A stretch of 64,000 bases of DNA. Origin: a virus. Of this stretch, positions 11,199-21,577 are shown in pieces (positions within the stretch are counted from its first letter, which is position 1; every line of letters begins with the position of its first letter). The translations under genes and the position numbers were made by a program. The stretch covers positions 32,001-96,000 of the IMG/VR virus record IMGVR_UViG_3300011335_000809; one strand, given 5' to 3'. Under the pieces are notes generated by a model, which was not told the DNA's origin, made no database searches, and saw nothing but the letters and a program-made list of their open reading frames with translations.

Positions 11199-11909
11199 TC
11201 AACCGAGGTTTTTTAGTTTTTTTAATATAAATTTTACTAAACCACTTCGAACAATGTCTTCTTCATCAAATCTGAATACATAAATTCCATTGTTTCTACT
11301 TTCTTCATCGTCGAAAATGTTCATCGTTGGCACAAATCCACTTTTACCATTAATATCACTTTGATCTGGATCGCCACAGATAAATAACTTACTGAATTCA
11401 CCCACACGTGTGATCAATGTTACTAGTTCTTTTTTAGTCATATTCTGCGCTTCATCTGCTACGATACATTTAGCATTCCAACTTAAACCACGTAAGAAAT
11501 TGATTGGGAATCCATGAATACGTTCCTCTTTTTTCAATTTATCAATGTCGTGTTTTGGCAACAATTCTTCTAATTTATCTATCAATGGTTGGATGTATGG
11601 ACTCATTTTTTCATCCATTTCACCCGGCAAAAATCCTAATTTATTATCGCTGCTTTCAACTATACTTCTAACATATACAATTTCACTCACTCTCTTATGA
11701 TTCAACAAGGTTAAACCTGCTAATATGGACGTATATGTTTTGGCAGTTCCAGCTGGACCGGAAATAAAGACTAGTTTGGTTGTTTTATTTTGTAGTAAAT
11801 TTAATAATTCAATTTGTTTAGGTGTAAGTTGTCGTTCATCTATTCTAACTGATTCCTTAATTTTTTCGTTTTGGTGAACCTTTGGACTTGTGTCTTTTTT
11901 CTTGTTCAT
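11199..11909 (-). CDS. phoH: PhoH family ATPase
   Basis: GPAGTAKT, LGFLPG, FLRGLS, DEAQN, GDPDQSD, DIVRSG motifs. Confidence 0.95.
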   Translation of the reverse strand: MNKKKDTSPKVHQNEKIKESVRIDERQLTPKQIELLNLLQNKTTKLVFISGPAGTAKTYTSILAGLTLLNHKRVSEIVYVRSIVESSDNKLGFLPGEMDEKMSPYIQPLIDKLEELLPKHDIDKLKKEERIHGFPINFLRGLSWNAKCIVADEAQNMTKKELVTLITRVGEFSKLFICGDPDQSDINGKSGFVPTMNIFDDEESRNNGIYVFRFDEEDIVRSGLVKFILKKLKNLG

Positions 11910-12210
11910 TTTTTTGGTTTAGTTGTTGTTTAATATTTAAAACACGTCCGCAATGTTCATATGTCTCAGATGAGATATAGTAATTATAAATATTATTTAA
12001 ATTACTTTCAAATGAATCACGGACTAATACTACTATGAAATCAGAATCTTTAAAATTAAAGACCTCTATCGCATTCAAATTGTTTTTCACCGCATAACAT
12101 ATTGACGAAACAACTTGTTCCATCAATTTAATTTTATTGACTTTAATCAAACTCTCCATCTGACTATAGTCAGATGGCAAAGTTAATGAAGAGTATTTAT
12201 CTATCATCAT
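11857..12210 (-). CDS. hypothetical protein
   Basis: 117 aa ORF upstream of phoH. Confidence 0.6.
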   Translation of the reverse strand: MMIDKYSSLTLPSDYSQMESLIKVNKIKLMEQVVSSICYAVKNNLNAIEVFNFKDSDFIVVLVRDSFESNLNNIYNYYISSETYEHCGRVLNIKQQLNQKNEQEKRHKSKGSPKRKN

Positions 12211-12280
12211 ATATAAGTATATAAAAAAAAATAAAGACGTTACCGAAGTAACGTCTTTTCACAATCAATTTAACCACCTC

Positions 12281-12514
12281 TTACTTTTTCTTTTTCTTCT
12301 TTGTTGGTTTACTGTCGTCGGTTTCGACATTTTCTATTGCTGGTTTGGTTGAATTTAACTGATGTAACTTTTTAGTGGATGAATTTTTCCAAGAACGAAT
12401 TGTTTCCGGAGACGCATCTACGTATGTTTTGCTTAGCTGTAACAAATCTAGTACTTCTTTTTCTGTACTAGCTGCATTAATCTTCTGTTTCAAGCCAAAT
12501 ATATTACCACTCAT
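12281..12514 (-). CDS. hypothetical protein
   Basis: 77 aa ORF coupled to upstream ORF; followed by hairpin at about 12235-12256. Confidence 0.6.
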   Translation of the reverse strand: MSGNIFGLKQKINAASTEKEVLDLLQLSKTYVDASPETIRSWKNSSTKKLHQLNSTKPAIENVETDDSKPTKKKKKK

Positions 12515-12705
12515 TATTTACCTTTCACTTCTACAATTTCAATTTTAGACCCATCTGGCCATCGATTAAGAATCGAAGACCAATGATCATATTCAGTTTT
12601 AGCTTCAACTTTGGATCCATATTCTAAATCTGAAACTCGTCTACCATCACGTAGAATTACGTACTTAATATTGCTATCCATAATACTATCACTTTTAACT
12701 GTCAT
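12514..12705 (-). CDS. hypothetical protein
   Basis: 63 aa ORF. Confidence 0.55.
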   Translation of the reverse strand: MTVKSDSIMDSNIKYVILRDGRRVSDLEYGSKVEAKTEYDHWSSILNRWPDGSKIEIVEVKGK

Positions 12706-12856
12706 ACTAATTTATACTTTAATATTTAAACGTGGTAATATACTCACAAGTTCTAAGATTACCAGCCTTAGAACATAATCTGATAATACATACAAATAAC
12801 ATCTGTGTCAACTTTATTTTAATCAACATTTATTTACATCTATATATTTATTAAAT

Positions 12857-14788
12857 ATGATATCTTTATTGGGGGAAAATCAATGGTTAAATCCGAATTT
12901 ATCTAAACGAGAGATTGATAATTTTAAAAAATCCGAATTTACATTCAATCGAATGCTAAATGAATTAGCTATTCTACACGAATGTATAGAAAATAACACT
13001 TTACATTTAGCAGAATTTAAACTAAGTGTTGGTACTCGTAAAACATTAAGAGAAATATACAAACGCAATCAACAAATTTCAGACATATCACTGTTAGTAG
13101 AAGCCGCTACAGATCCAGTATCAACAGCTGATACTTCAAAAAATATATTATCACTGATCAATAAATTTCACGGTGATAATAAACAATATCTAGATAATGT
13201 TGGCTCCGATGTGAGACTAAAAGACACATCCATACCAAAAAATATTGGAGCCGAACCAAGCATCATTCAAAAGGCTGCATTAAAAACAAAAGAATTAGGT
13301 GGTAAAGCCGGTCAGATTGCAATGAACCTATTTCAATCGATTGTAGTAAATGCATTAAATAGATTTGTAAGTTGGTCGTCTTCATTAAAATCAGATATAT
13401 TGGATGCTAAAAAACAAGGATCAGCTTGGCAAATGATAATGTCCAAATTGGGTCCAAGTATGAAGATTGCAAAAAGAGCATCTGATGGTACCATAACATA
13501 TGAGAATGATTCTTCTGGAAAATCAACTCTTGATCAATTACAAAATTTTACAAAATTAAATCCAAAGTGGACCAATACAATAATCGGTTTGTTAATTAAC
13601 ATCACAAAAATGTTATCGGTATCATTCGCGGGTGCTACTGTAGGCACATCATTGGCAATCGGCGTTTTAGTTGGTTTATTAATAAGAACAATTGCTGGTC
13701 ATTATCTCAAAAAAGAATCTTGGGGAGATGCGTTTAAAAAGGCATTAGTAGTCACAGGTTTATCATTGGTTGGTGGATCACTTACAAAAGGATTATTTAG
13801 TTACTTCAAAGGCGGAGGATTCATTGATGGAGCTAAATCTTACTTTACAGGAGATGCGGCGCCTGCTATATCAGATAAAAATGACGCATCAAGTAGAGAA
13901 ACTGCAGATAATTTCTATAATTCTGTAGGAGAGAGGAAAATGAATCAAGCTATTAATGCAGTAAAAGGCAAAGCTAATTTCGGAGATGTTATAACTCATA
14001 GAGATACTGACTGGAGTAAAAGATTGGAAGATGCTACAGGGCAGGAGGATCCAGATGCATATTTAAAATTTTTAGGGAATGCTGCGGCTCAAGGCGATGA
14101 AGCTTCAAAGAGAGAGCTTTTAGGTCTGTTAAAACAAGCAGGTCCTATGCCTAAAGCTGATTTCGATGAGTTAAGTAACGCCTACGGGTTAGATGATAAT
14201 CAAAAAATGGCTTTTATTAAGTTGTTTAAAGTGAAGAGTGATGTAGCATCACAAGCCGTAACACGCACAGCAACTGGTGCTGCACAATCCCTAAAAGAAC
14301 TTGGAAAACTCGCACTGGGCGGAGATGCAAAAGCAGCAGATGCCTATATGCAAAAGTTTTTGGTAGGGGGTAAAGGAGGCGAAACTCAATATAGAATCTT
14401 GAAGACTGCATTTGATGCTGGCATCATCGACAAAGAAAAGTTTTTCTCAGGTGTTGGAACACAGACACTTAATTTGAGGGCTGAATTAAGAGGATACGTA
14501 CCTGTGAGTATCAACGGTGTGAGTGTTATTGATTATTTAACACCCAAAGAAGCATCAAATGCATATGCAGCTATGAGTGTGGCTAAATCGATGGGAAATG
14601 TAGTTGATGAAGATGCTTTAGCTAAGCTGGCTGCAAAAGCTGGAAAGGCAGTAACAAACGCTGTTAATATGAGTCCGGAAGATGACCTTCGCCTTGAAGG
14701 AAACCAAGTAACAAACGTTGTTGATACAGCTTCTAAGGCAGTAAAAGAATCATTATACAAGACGCTGATTAAAAAACTATATATATAA
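12857..14788 (+). CDS. putative internal virion protein with central hydrophobic helices
   Basis: 643 aa; TATTTAT upstream; LxE motifs; Ala-rich C-terminus. Confidence 0.6.
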   Translation: MISLLGENQWLNPNLSKREIDNFKKSEFTFNRMLNELAILHECIENNTLHLAEFKLSVGTRKTLREIYKRNQQISDISLLVEAATDPVSTADTSKNILSLINKFHGDNKQYLDNVGSDVRLKDTSIPKNIGAEPSIIQKAALKTKELGGKAGQIAMNLFQSIVVNALNRFVSWSSSLKSDILDAKKQGSAWQMIMSKLGPSMKIAKRASDGTITYENDSSGKSTLDQLQNFTKLNPKWTNTIIGLLINITKMLSVSFAGATVGTSLAIGVLVGLLIRTIAGHYLKKESWGDAFKKALVVTGLSLVGGSLTKGLFSYFKGGGFIDGAKSYFTGDAAPAISDKNDASSRETADNFYNSVGERKMNQAINAVKGKANFGDVITHRDTDWSKRLEDATGQEDPDAYLKFLGNAAAQGDEASKRELLGLLKQAGPMPKADFDELSNAYGLDDNQKMAFIKLFKVKSDVASQAVTRTATGAAQSLKELGKLALGGDAKAADAYMQKFLVGGKGGETQYRILKTAFDAGIIDKEKFFSGVGTQTLNLRAELRGYVPVSINGVSVIDYLTPKEASNAYAAMSVAKSMGNVVDEDALAKLAAKAGKAVTNAVNMSPEDDLRLEGNQVTNVVDTASKAVKESLYKTLIKKLYI

Positions 14789-14789
14789 T

Positions 14790-16418
14790 ATGAACGAAAT
14801 AAATTACACCAAAGAGTTGTATAAAGAATTTTTAAATGAAGCTGGTTTTTTAGATAAATTAAAAGGATCAGTGGGCTTAGGTGGAAAAAAAGAATTGTCA
14901 CCTAACGATCTAGAAATTTTGGATAAAAATGTAGATGCTCTTTTAACTAGTATTGCAAGTGAAATAGGATCAACCAAAGAAAATCTTATTAATGATCTCA
15001 CAAATGGGCCAAGTAAAGATTTAATTACCCCCGAAATAATTCAATATGCAACACAGTTAATAGATTTATCAAATAAGATTAAATCGGTAAGAAGTACAAC
15101 AGGCACTGCTGGTACAACAGGCACTGCTGGTACAACAGGCACTGCTGGTACAACAGGTACAACAGGCACAACAGGTACAACAGGTACAACAGGTACAACA
15201 GGTACAACAGGTACAACAGGTACAACAGGTACAACAGGTACAACAGGTACAACAGGTACACAAGGAAGATCTGGATATCAAAGTAAAAGTATTGATGATT
15301 TAAATTTTGGTGATGATATTGGAGATGGTACTATATTAAAACAAATAAATGTAAGTAAAATAAAACAAGATTTTGATAATTTATATAACAGTTTGCCAGT
15401 AGATGCCAAGAATGTTTTAAATAATATAACAAATGATAGTAAAATAATACCTAAAAATATAGAATTGCCTATTAGACCTCCTGTTATAAGAACTCCTCCT
15501 GTTATAACAGAAATAGATGAACTTTCTTATTGGGATGATAATAGTAAAAAAAGTGAATTTATAAAAAAGTTCGAAACAATAATTAATGACATTGCACCGT
15601 CATTAGGTATTAAACCATATGATCTTAAAAAACTTTATATTATTTTACATAAAAATGCCGTCGGTGACATTTTCAATAAATTATTTGCTTCGTATACTAC
15701 ATTAAAAGCTGGCAAACCTATAGAAGATGCTTTTTCAAAGGTACCATCACCAAGTGATCCAGGCACACCAGGCACACCAGGCACACCAGGCACACCAGGC
15801 ACACCAGGCACACCAGGCACACCAGGTGTAGATGAAGATAAATTGACACCGGATGAAATAAATAAATTTGGTGCTTATTATTCACAATTAATAAGAATTC
15901 AATCCGAACTTAAAAAAGGATTGAGCAAAGAATTGCAATTGAATAAAGGTGTAAGTAGATATTTTTCCACTTTACAAAATTCATTGGAATCATTAAGACT
16001 AATTGATTTTATTTCAGTGGAAAATAAACCTATAGCAAAAAAATTAAAGAAAAAATTTATCAAAAGATTTTTATGGGAATTGAATAATACTCCTTCAATT
16101 TCTCAAGTCAAAGATTTAATTGGTAAAATAAATGAACAAGAGTCGCCCGAGAGTCTCGGCAAGGCGGTGGAAACTGGAATCACACCTTCTTCTAATTTAT
16201 TAGCACAATCTACATCTATAATCGAAGCTATAAAGAAAAGTTTACCCTCAATGATAATGTTACTAAAAGAACTCTCAAAAAGTAAAATTTCTTCAAACGA
16301 GGATAAAATGTTAATGGGCGTTTTAAAGAAATTCTTAAAAGCGATAGTTAATAAAAATACACAAGATTTAGTAATAGATCCCAAAGTAAAAAATCCAATA
16401 GATTCTTTATCAAAATAA
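14790..16418 (+). CDS. putative internal virion protein with (TTG)n and (PGT)n linkers
   Basis: 542 aa; FLNEAGFLDKLK start; low-complexity linkers. Confidence 0.65.
   Translation: MNEINYTKELYKEFLNEAGFLDKLKGSVGLGGKKELSPNDLEILDKNVDALLTSIASEIGSTKENLINDLTNGPSKDLITPEIIQYATQLIDLSNKIKSVRSTTGTAGTTGTAGTTGTAGTTGTTGTTGTTGTTGTTGTTGTTGTTGTTGTTGTTGTQGRSGYQSKSIDDLNFGDDIGDGTILKQINVSKIKQDFDNLYNSLPVDAKNVLNNITNDSKIIPKNIELPIRPPVIRTPPVITEIDELSYWDDNSKKSEFIKKFETIINDIAPSLGIKPYDLKKLYIILHKNAVGDIFNKLFASYTTLKAGKPIEDAFSKVPSPSDPGTPGTPGTPGTPGTPGTPGTPGVDEDKLTPDEINKFGAYYSQLIRIQSELKKGLSKELQLNKGVSRYFSTLQNSLESLRLIDFISVENKPIAKKLKKKFIKRFLWELNNTPSISQVKDLIGKINEQESPESLGKAVETGITPSSNLLAQSTSIIEAIKKSLPSMIMLLKELSKSKISSNEDKMLMGVLKKFLKAIVNKNTQDLVIDPKVKNPIDSLSK
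15094..15261 (+). repeat. 9-nt coding tandem repeat ACAACAGGT/ACTGCTGGT (Thr-Thr-Gly)
   Basis: Directly visible tandem array. Confidence 0.95.
15759..15827 (+). repeat. 9-nt coding tandem repeat CCAGGCACA (Pro-Gly-Thr)
   Basis: Directly visible tandem array. Confidence 0.95.
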
Positions 16419-16469
16419 CATAATATAATAATTTACAAAAACAATTATTAGATATGTATCTAAAATATT

Positions 16470-16754
16470 ATGAGTGATGTTACTAAATTTACAGATCAAG
16501 AAATGCAAGAAATCGCAATCGTTCAATCCAAATATCAACAGAAAATATTTGAACTTGGACAATTACAATTGGAAGAAATTGAATTGGAACAAACCAAAAC
16601 TGAATTAACTGATCGTAGATCAGCTATTCTCGTCGAGTGGAAAGATATTCAAAAACTAGAAGAAGGTCTACTTAATAATCTAGCTACAAAATATGGCGAT
16701 GGCAGTCTCAATTTAAAAGACGGTACATTTAAACCCGCCCCCAAACAACAGTAA
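16470..16754 (+). CDS. coiled-coil hypothetical protein
   Basis: 94 aa; ends KYGDGSLNLKDGTF. Confidence 0.7.
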   Translation: MSDVTKFTDQEMQEIAIVQSKYQQKIFELGQLQLEEIELEQTKTELTDRRSAILVEWKDIQKLEEGLLNNLATKYGDGSLNLKDGTFKPAPKQQ

Positions 16755-16756
16755 TA

Positions 16757-16786
16757 AAAAACCCGGTTTTTACACCGGGTTTTGTT
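16757..16786. terminator. bidirectional intrinsic terminator
   Basis: AAAAACCCGGT-TTTTAC-ACCGGGTTTT between convergent genes. Confidence 0.8.
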
Positions 16787-16972
16787 TTATTTAGTTGGGT
16801 CTCCAGACGAAGCTTCTTCTACTATAGCTTTAATTTCAGATTCAATTTCTTTCATTCGGTCTTTGTATCCACTAGCTACATCCTTAAAATCTTTCTTAAC
16901 GTGCAAGAGATCTTCGGTTAATTGATACACTTTTTTTTCGGCTTCGGTCTTTGTTAGTTTAATATTACTCAT
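16787..16972 (-). CDS. hypothetical coiled-coil protein
   Basis: 61 aa ORF. Confidence 0.6.
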   Translation of the reverse strand: MSNIKLTKTEAEKKVYQLTEDLLHVKKDFKDVASGYKDRMKEIESEIKAIVEEASSGDPTK

Positions 16973-17382
16973 AACTTTTTTAAATCTATAATTTTGCTTA
17001 CTGATTCTATCGGTATATAACTAGTAACATAATTGCCAGTATCTACATTTTTTAAATCAGGTAACTTACTTTTATCTATTACAACCACTATACCTTCTCC
17101 CTTGTCTCTGTAGTTGACCAATGCAAACCTAGCTGCCAATTTAAAATCACTTGCTAGATAACTACCCACAATGTTTCTGGTATTTCCCCTACCTTTCGAA
17201 GTAACTTTACCAGTACTCTTTAAAATATTATACTCCTTCTCAGACATTCCTCTATAAAGTTTAGTACTATCTGTAGGAATTTTATCCAATTCATCAGCAA
17301 TATACTTTAACTTTCCCGTTGGATCCCATACTAGATAATCATATATGCTAGATTCGTATAATAAACTATATCTTTTCATCAT
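16969..17382 (-). CDS. ADP-ribosyltransferase-like protein (start revised; the tracked start lies inside the tmRNA)
   Basis: LYRGMS...SYLASDFKLAARFA resembles the ART fold; TATTTATA precedes MMKRYSLLYE. Confidence 0.45.
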   Translation of the reverse strand: MMKRYSLLYESSIYDYLVWDPTGKLKYIADELDKIPTDSTKLYRGMSEKEYNILKSTGKVTSKGRGNTRNIVGSYLASDFKLAARFALVNYRDKGEGIVVVIDKSKLPDLKNVDTGNYVTSYIPIESVSKIIDLKKL

Positions 17383-17424
17383 TATATAAATATACATATT
17401 CAAAATATAAACTTTGAATAAAAA

Positions 17425-17809
17425 TGGTGGAGATGGCGGGGAGTCGCACCCCGCGTCCATAAAAAATTATTACTGCCAGACTACACGTTTATATATTTTA
17501 AATTGTTTGGGGTAATAATAAAAAATATCTAAAAATATTACCCTTAAGATTTACCATTTTCTCAGCCATTTACGCAAATCAAATATTTGGCCCAGTCCAA
17601 TAATTTACACCCAATACAACTATCAGACTTCATTGTATTGAATGTGCAACAACTTAGGCTGCAAGGGCTACAACGTCATCATAAGAGAAGTCATAGCTAA
17701 CTACGTTATCTTCAGCAGTTAATTTTCAATAGAACTTTTAAAGAGGCCAACTATTATCCTCTACGTGCCTAACAATAGATATTTATCTATGTCGAATCTA
17801 CACATCCCC
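17425..17809 (-). ncRNA. ssrA: tmRNA; tag peptide AEDNVVSYDFSYDDVVALAA* (17654-17716)
   Basis: 5' GGGGATGTGTAGATTCGAC; 3' GCGGGGTGCGACTCCCCGCCATCTCCACCA; G3:U pair; tag ORF ends LAA-stop. Confidence 0.95.
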
Positions 17810-17838
17810 ATAAAATTTAAAAGAACTAAATATAAGTA

Positions 17839-19170
17839 TTATCCAAATACTTTATATTTCTCAGAATTAAAAATGTGAGTCTCATATCCTATCACATATT
17901 CACTATAGTGGTTTAACCATCGATGATATCCTTTACCTATCCATAGTTCACACGCCATACGATGGTCTGACATATCTCCATTATACATCGTATCCACAAA
18001 AGTCAAAGATAAATTTGGCAATCGGTTTATATATTCACAATCACTCCACCAAAAGTTTCCGGAATAATAATTTCTATATTCCTTTTGTGGACTAACATAA
18101 TGTGTAACATACAATCCACCCACGACATCATAATTTTTATTCTTTAATGCGTCAACAGATTTTTGCCAATTATCTATATTTAGATATTCTAAACAATCAC
18201 GCCAAGACTTTAAAGAATCAGTTTGTATTACTTTAGATGTTCCTTTTGAGTGATAATATAAAACACATCCATTAGGATTTAGCTTGCAGTAATTCTGCAA
18301 ATTAATTAATGTATTATACTCAAATTTATTTGTGGTATAACGAACAACTTTTACTTTTATATCTTTATCATAAGAATCCACAATCTTAAGAAAGTTATAA
18401 TACTCTTCATCTGATTCTGAATATACACCACAAAAATAATGATCGCACCTATTGTATAATCCAGAGTTTACCACTCTTTCAAATTGATTCTTTATTATAG
18501 ACACCCAATCATTTTTAAGATAATTATGTGAAAATATTGACACAGGATAATTTTTAACTATTCCAATTCCACCCCAAGATTCATATCTTTGGTTCTTCAT
18601 AATCGAATGAAATAAATTATCAGTGGAATAATCGTTCGTAGCTTTATCCGATATAAATTCGTAACTGTCTATATATTGAGTTTTGATCTCATTCCAAAAC
18701 TTGCTCACCAAAATATTGTTACCTTCATTTTCAGGACTTGATACAACATCATGAAATCCCAAATAACCATCTGAATTTAATAATTGTTTAAACTTTAAAT
18801 AATCAGACTTTACACCATCGTATGAATGATCGCCGTCTATAAAAATAAAATCAAACTTAATATTAAGAGATTTTAAATAATTGATTGTATCATTGTTAGT
18901 GGAATCTGAAATTATATATTCGTAGTTTGAATACTTGCTTTTGAGTAAATCAAAATTAGTATTATGCTTTATATCAATCGTTATAACTTTATCAAACAGT
19001 TCACACAATCCAGCTGCAAAACCTCCATAATTAGATCCTATCTCCAACGCGATTCTTTTTTTGGCGTTTGCATTTAAAAAATCCAATAAAGCTTTGAATT
19101 CTTCGGGTTTTTGTTCAATGTTAAATTGTAAACAAGAATCCCATATATTTGGAAAATTATAACCATTCAT
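17839..19170 (-). CDS. class I SAM methyltransferase fused to a glycosyltransferase-like domain
   Basis: LEIGSNYGG, FIFIDGDHSYDGV, FHD; C-terminal YYHSKG, YSGNFWW. Confidence 0.75.
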   Translation of the reverse strand: MNGYNFPNIWDSCLQFNIEQKPEEFKALLDFLNANAKKRIALEIGSNYGGFAAGLCELFDKVITIDIKHNTNFDLLKSKYSNYEYIISDSTNNDTINYLKSLNIKFDFIFIDGDHSYDGVKSDYLKFKQLLNSDGYLGFHDVVSSPENEGNNILVSKFWNEIKTQYIDSYEFISDKATNDYSTDNLFHSIMKNQRYESWGGIGIVKNYPVSIFSHNYLKNDWVSIIKNQFERVVNSGLYNRCDHYFCGVYSESDEEYYNFLKIVDSYDKDIKVKVVRYTTNKFEYNTLINLQNYCKLNPNGCVLYYHSKGTSKVIQTDSLKSWRDCLEYLNIDNWQKSVDALKNKNYDVVGGLYVTHYVSPQKEYRNYYSGNFWWSDCEYINRLPNLSLTFVDTMYNGDMSDHRMACELWIGKGYHRWLNHYSEYVIGYETHIFNSEKYKVFG

Positions 19171-19177
19171 AATAATT

Positions 19178-19251
19178 TGGAGCGGGTAGAGGGAATCGAA
19201 CCCTCACATCAACCTTGGCAAGGTCGAAGGCTACCACTACATCATACCCGC
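19178..19251 (-). tRNA. tRNA-Gly(GCC)
   Basis: Cloverleaf, loop TTGCCAA, CCA. Confidence 0.95.
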
Positions 19252-19303
19252 GATCTGAACATTAATATATAATCGAAACTAATCAACATACATTAATTTA
19301 AAA

Positions 19304-19378
19304 TGGTGGACCGTAAGAGAATCGAACTCTTCCCTAAAGCTTGCAAAGCTCCCGTGCTACCACTATCACTAACAGCCC
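19304..19378 (-). tRNA. tRNA-Ala(TGC)
   Basis: Loop TTTGCAA, G3:U70, CCA. Confidence 0.95.
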
Positions 19379-19673
19379 ATTTAAAAATCTTACACCAATA
19401 TATAGTGTTTGTCAAACTAAAAATCAAATTGTATGACTACGACTTGCGAATATACGAGGATTTCACTATACTTTGTTCCATATGTCTATCTCGTCAACTT
19501 CAGTCTCCTCTACCAGCTAATAGGTAGCGTGCTACAATTCTATACACAAATAGTCAAATCTAAAAATCAACCCTATCCTATCTGGATCAGATTCGTCCGG
19601 GTCAGACATACAGGGGTGTATCGTGTCCCTCACGCTGTTGGACGTTTCCACCCAACACGCACATTTACTAAAA

Positions 19674-19750
19674 TGGTCGGGATGACAGGACTTGCACCTG
19701 CAACTTCCTGACTCCAGATCAGGCCGTCTCCTAATTGACAATACACCCCG
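19674..19750 (-). tRNA. tRNA-Pro(TGG), atypical C33
   Basis: CCTGA-TCTGGAG-TCAGG anticodon arm, C1:G72, A73, CCA. Confidence 0.8.
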
Positions 19751-19754
19751 AAAA

Positions 19755-19862
19755 TGGTCAGCGTAGTGGGATTTTCACCTGTCATATAAACATCTCTTTC
19801 AAGCCACACTCATTGTTCCCGTTTCGTTGGGAAATGACTCTTTAATGTTGGTCTACACGCTG
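19755..19862 (-). ncRNA. tRNA-like RNA with aberrant anticodon/T region
   Basis: Acceptor CAGCGTG/TACGCTG-ACCA intact, interior expanded to about 108 nt. Confidence 0.55.
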
Positions 19863-19871
19863 ATTATAAAT

Positions 19872-19945
19872 TGGTTGGGGATGATGGAATCGAACCACCA
19901 CAAGCAGATTCAAAGTCTGCCGCACTACCATTATGCAAATCCCCA
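19872..19945 (-). tRNA. tRNA-Gln(TTG)
   Basis: GCAGA-CTTTGAA-TCTGC, CCA. Confidence 0.95.
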
Positions 19946-19951
19946 GTTAAA

Positions 19952-20839
19952 TTACTTTTCATAAAGATTGATAAAATCTTTTCCGTATTTTGATGTCACA
20001 TAATCAATATACATCTTAATTTTGTGTTTGTCAATCACATTTAATTTAAATGGAAAAGAATTTATTTTTGCTTTATTTTTATTATCTAAATAACCTTTTA
20101 TTTCAAAATATTCATTTGTTGATTCAAGAATAAAGTCTGGATAAAAATTATAATTGTTATTATTGAACTTATAGGGGAATCCCTCAGTATTTCTTTTAAA
20201 TTTTATATTATGTTCTAAATTGAAAATTACCCACGCCAATTCCCAACTGCTATTACAATAATAACCTTTATACCATCCTTGTTTACCTCTTCCGCCTTTT
20301 TCACGATAACCTCCTCGTTTACCTTTCAAAAGTCCGTTTACTTTTACATATGTATTTCTACAAATTTGAGAACAATATATCTGTTTTGATTTTTCTGTTT
20401 TTAAAAAATTGTAATTACAATGTGGACATAATATAGATTTACGTTTTTTTACTCTAATCTGTTTTTTTGCTAATTCAGATAATCTTTTTTTGCCTTCTAT
20501 GTCCCATTTTTTGTGACCTCCAAACTTTTGGTTTTCAATAGATGCACATTTTGTAGAACAAAATTTATTATTTCTTCTAGAATATTCTAAATCAATATTG
20601 CAATATTCACACTTATTTGGATTTAGATTATATTTTTCTACTCTAAATAGTTTTAAACGTGGTGAAATTGTTTCTCCATTAAACTCTACAGAACATTTAT
20701 TAGAACAAAAATGATTGTTAGTTCTTTTTATTTCACTTTTATATTTTAAAAACTCAATATTACATTTTTTACAATTTACTAATATTTTACTCATACTAAT
20801 AAATAGTAATTTTGGAGCGTAAAATGAATTTTGAATCAA
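19952..20839 (-). CDS. free-standing PD-(D/E)xK endonuclease with Zn-finger repeats (putative homing endonuclease); start probably at 20794
   Basis: CxxC...FCSxxC repeats; SSWE...YPDF...EIKG; lies inside tRNA array. Confidence 0.75.
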   Translation of the reverse strand: MIQNSFYAPKLLFISMSKILVNCKKCNIEFLKYKSEIKRTNNHFCSNKCSVEFNGETISPRLKLFRVEKYNLNPNKCEYCNIDLEYSRRNNKFCSTKCASIENQKFGGHKKWDIEGKKRLSELAKKQIRVKKRKSILCPHCNYNFLKTEKSKQIYCSQICRNTYVKVNGLLKGKRGGYREKGGRGKQGWYKGYYCNSSWELAWVIFNLEHNIKFKRNTEGFPYKFNNNNYNFYPDFILESTNEYFEIKGYLDNKNKAKINSFPFKLNVIDKHKIKMYIDYVTSKYGKDFINLYEK

Positions 20840-20856
20840 AATATTTTGTTTGATTC

Positions 20857-20931
20857 TGGTGCAGTAGGAGAGAATTGAACTCTCATTTCAAGTTTGGAAG
20901 ACTCACGTAATAGCCATTATACCACTACTGC
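20857..20931 (-). tRNA. tRNA-Gly(TCC)
   Basis: Loop CTTCCAA, CCA. Confidence 0.92.
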
Positions 20932-21016
20932 ATTTTAATAAATTATTAGATGTTCAGTCATCAAATATTTGATGTGTACTATGAACCACGGACAGGTAAT
21001 CTAATTTCTCATAGCG

Positions 21017-21106
21017 CGGAGGCGAAGGGTGCTGCCCCCTCAGTGGCTTTTAGACCACGGCAGTTTAGCAAACTGCTGTAGAAACCTGACTATCTACGTC
21101 ACCTCC
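21017..21106 (-). tRNA. tRNA-Ser(GCT), no encoded CCA
   Basis: GCAGT-TTGCTAA-ACTGC, long variable arm, G73. Confidence 0.9.
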
Positions 21107-21194
21107 ATAAAATCTTTTGACAAACTCCGATTTCTTCAAGAGACGATATTATCAGTCTTCGGTTCCATTGTCAAGTGGAGTTGTATTAAAAGAG

Positions 21195-21278
21195 CGGAAG
21201 CAGTAGGACTCGCACCTACGAGGGTTTATGGCCCCAGGCGTTTTCAAGACGCTTTCCTCGACTAACCGGACTACTTCC
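21195..21278 (-). tRNA. tRNA-Ser(TGA), no encoded CCA
   Basis: Loop CTTGAAA, long variable arm, G73. Confidence 0.9.
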
Positions 21279-21293
21279 ATATAAATTAAAAAT

Positions 21294-21378
21294 TGGTGGG
21301 CATAGAGGGACTTGAACCCCCACGGATTTCTCCACGAGCTTCTAAAGCTCGAACGGCTGCCAATTACGTCATATGCCC
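21294..21378 (-). tRNA. tRNA-Leu(TAG)
   Basis: CGAGC-TTTAGAA-GCTCG, variable arm, CCA. Confidence 0.95.
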
Positions 21379-21385
21379 AATAAAA

Positions 21386-21461
21386 TGGTCGGCTCGGTGC
21401 GACTCGAACGCACAATATCTTGTACCCAAAACAAGCGGAATAGCCATTATCCTACGAACCG
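21386..21461 (-). tRNA. tRNA-Pro(TGG)
   Basis: CTTGT-TTTGGGT-ACAAG, CCA. Confidence 0.93.
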
Positions 21462-21471
21462 ATATTAAAAA

Positions 21472-21547
21472 TGGTAGGTGGTATAGGATTTAAACCTATG
21501 ACATTTTGCGTGTAAAGCAAATGCTCTATCAACTGAGCTAACCACCC
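21472..21547 (-). tRNA. tRNA-Val(TAC)
   Basis: TTTGC-TTTACAC-GCAAA, CCA. Confidence 0.93.
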
Positions 21548-21577
21548 GTTTAAAAATTGTTATATACTTTATTTTAA

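Noticed and set aside
15069-15820. Antisense ORFs (CTC/LLY/PGV repeats) and a possible CRISPR-like array
   Set aside because: These are shadows of 9-nt coding tandem repeats; there are no spacers
20811-20840. Possible tRNA 3' remnant (…TTTTACGCTCCA) upstream of the endonuclease
   Set aside because: Only a weak 3' fragment; no matching 5' half seen
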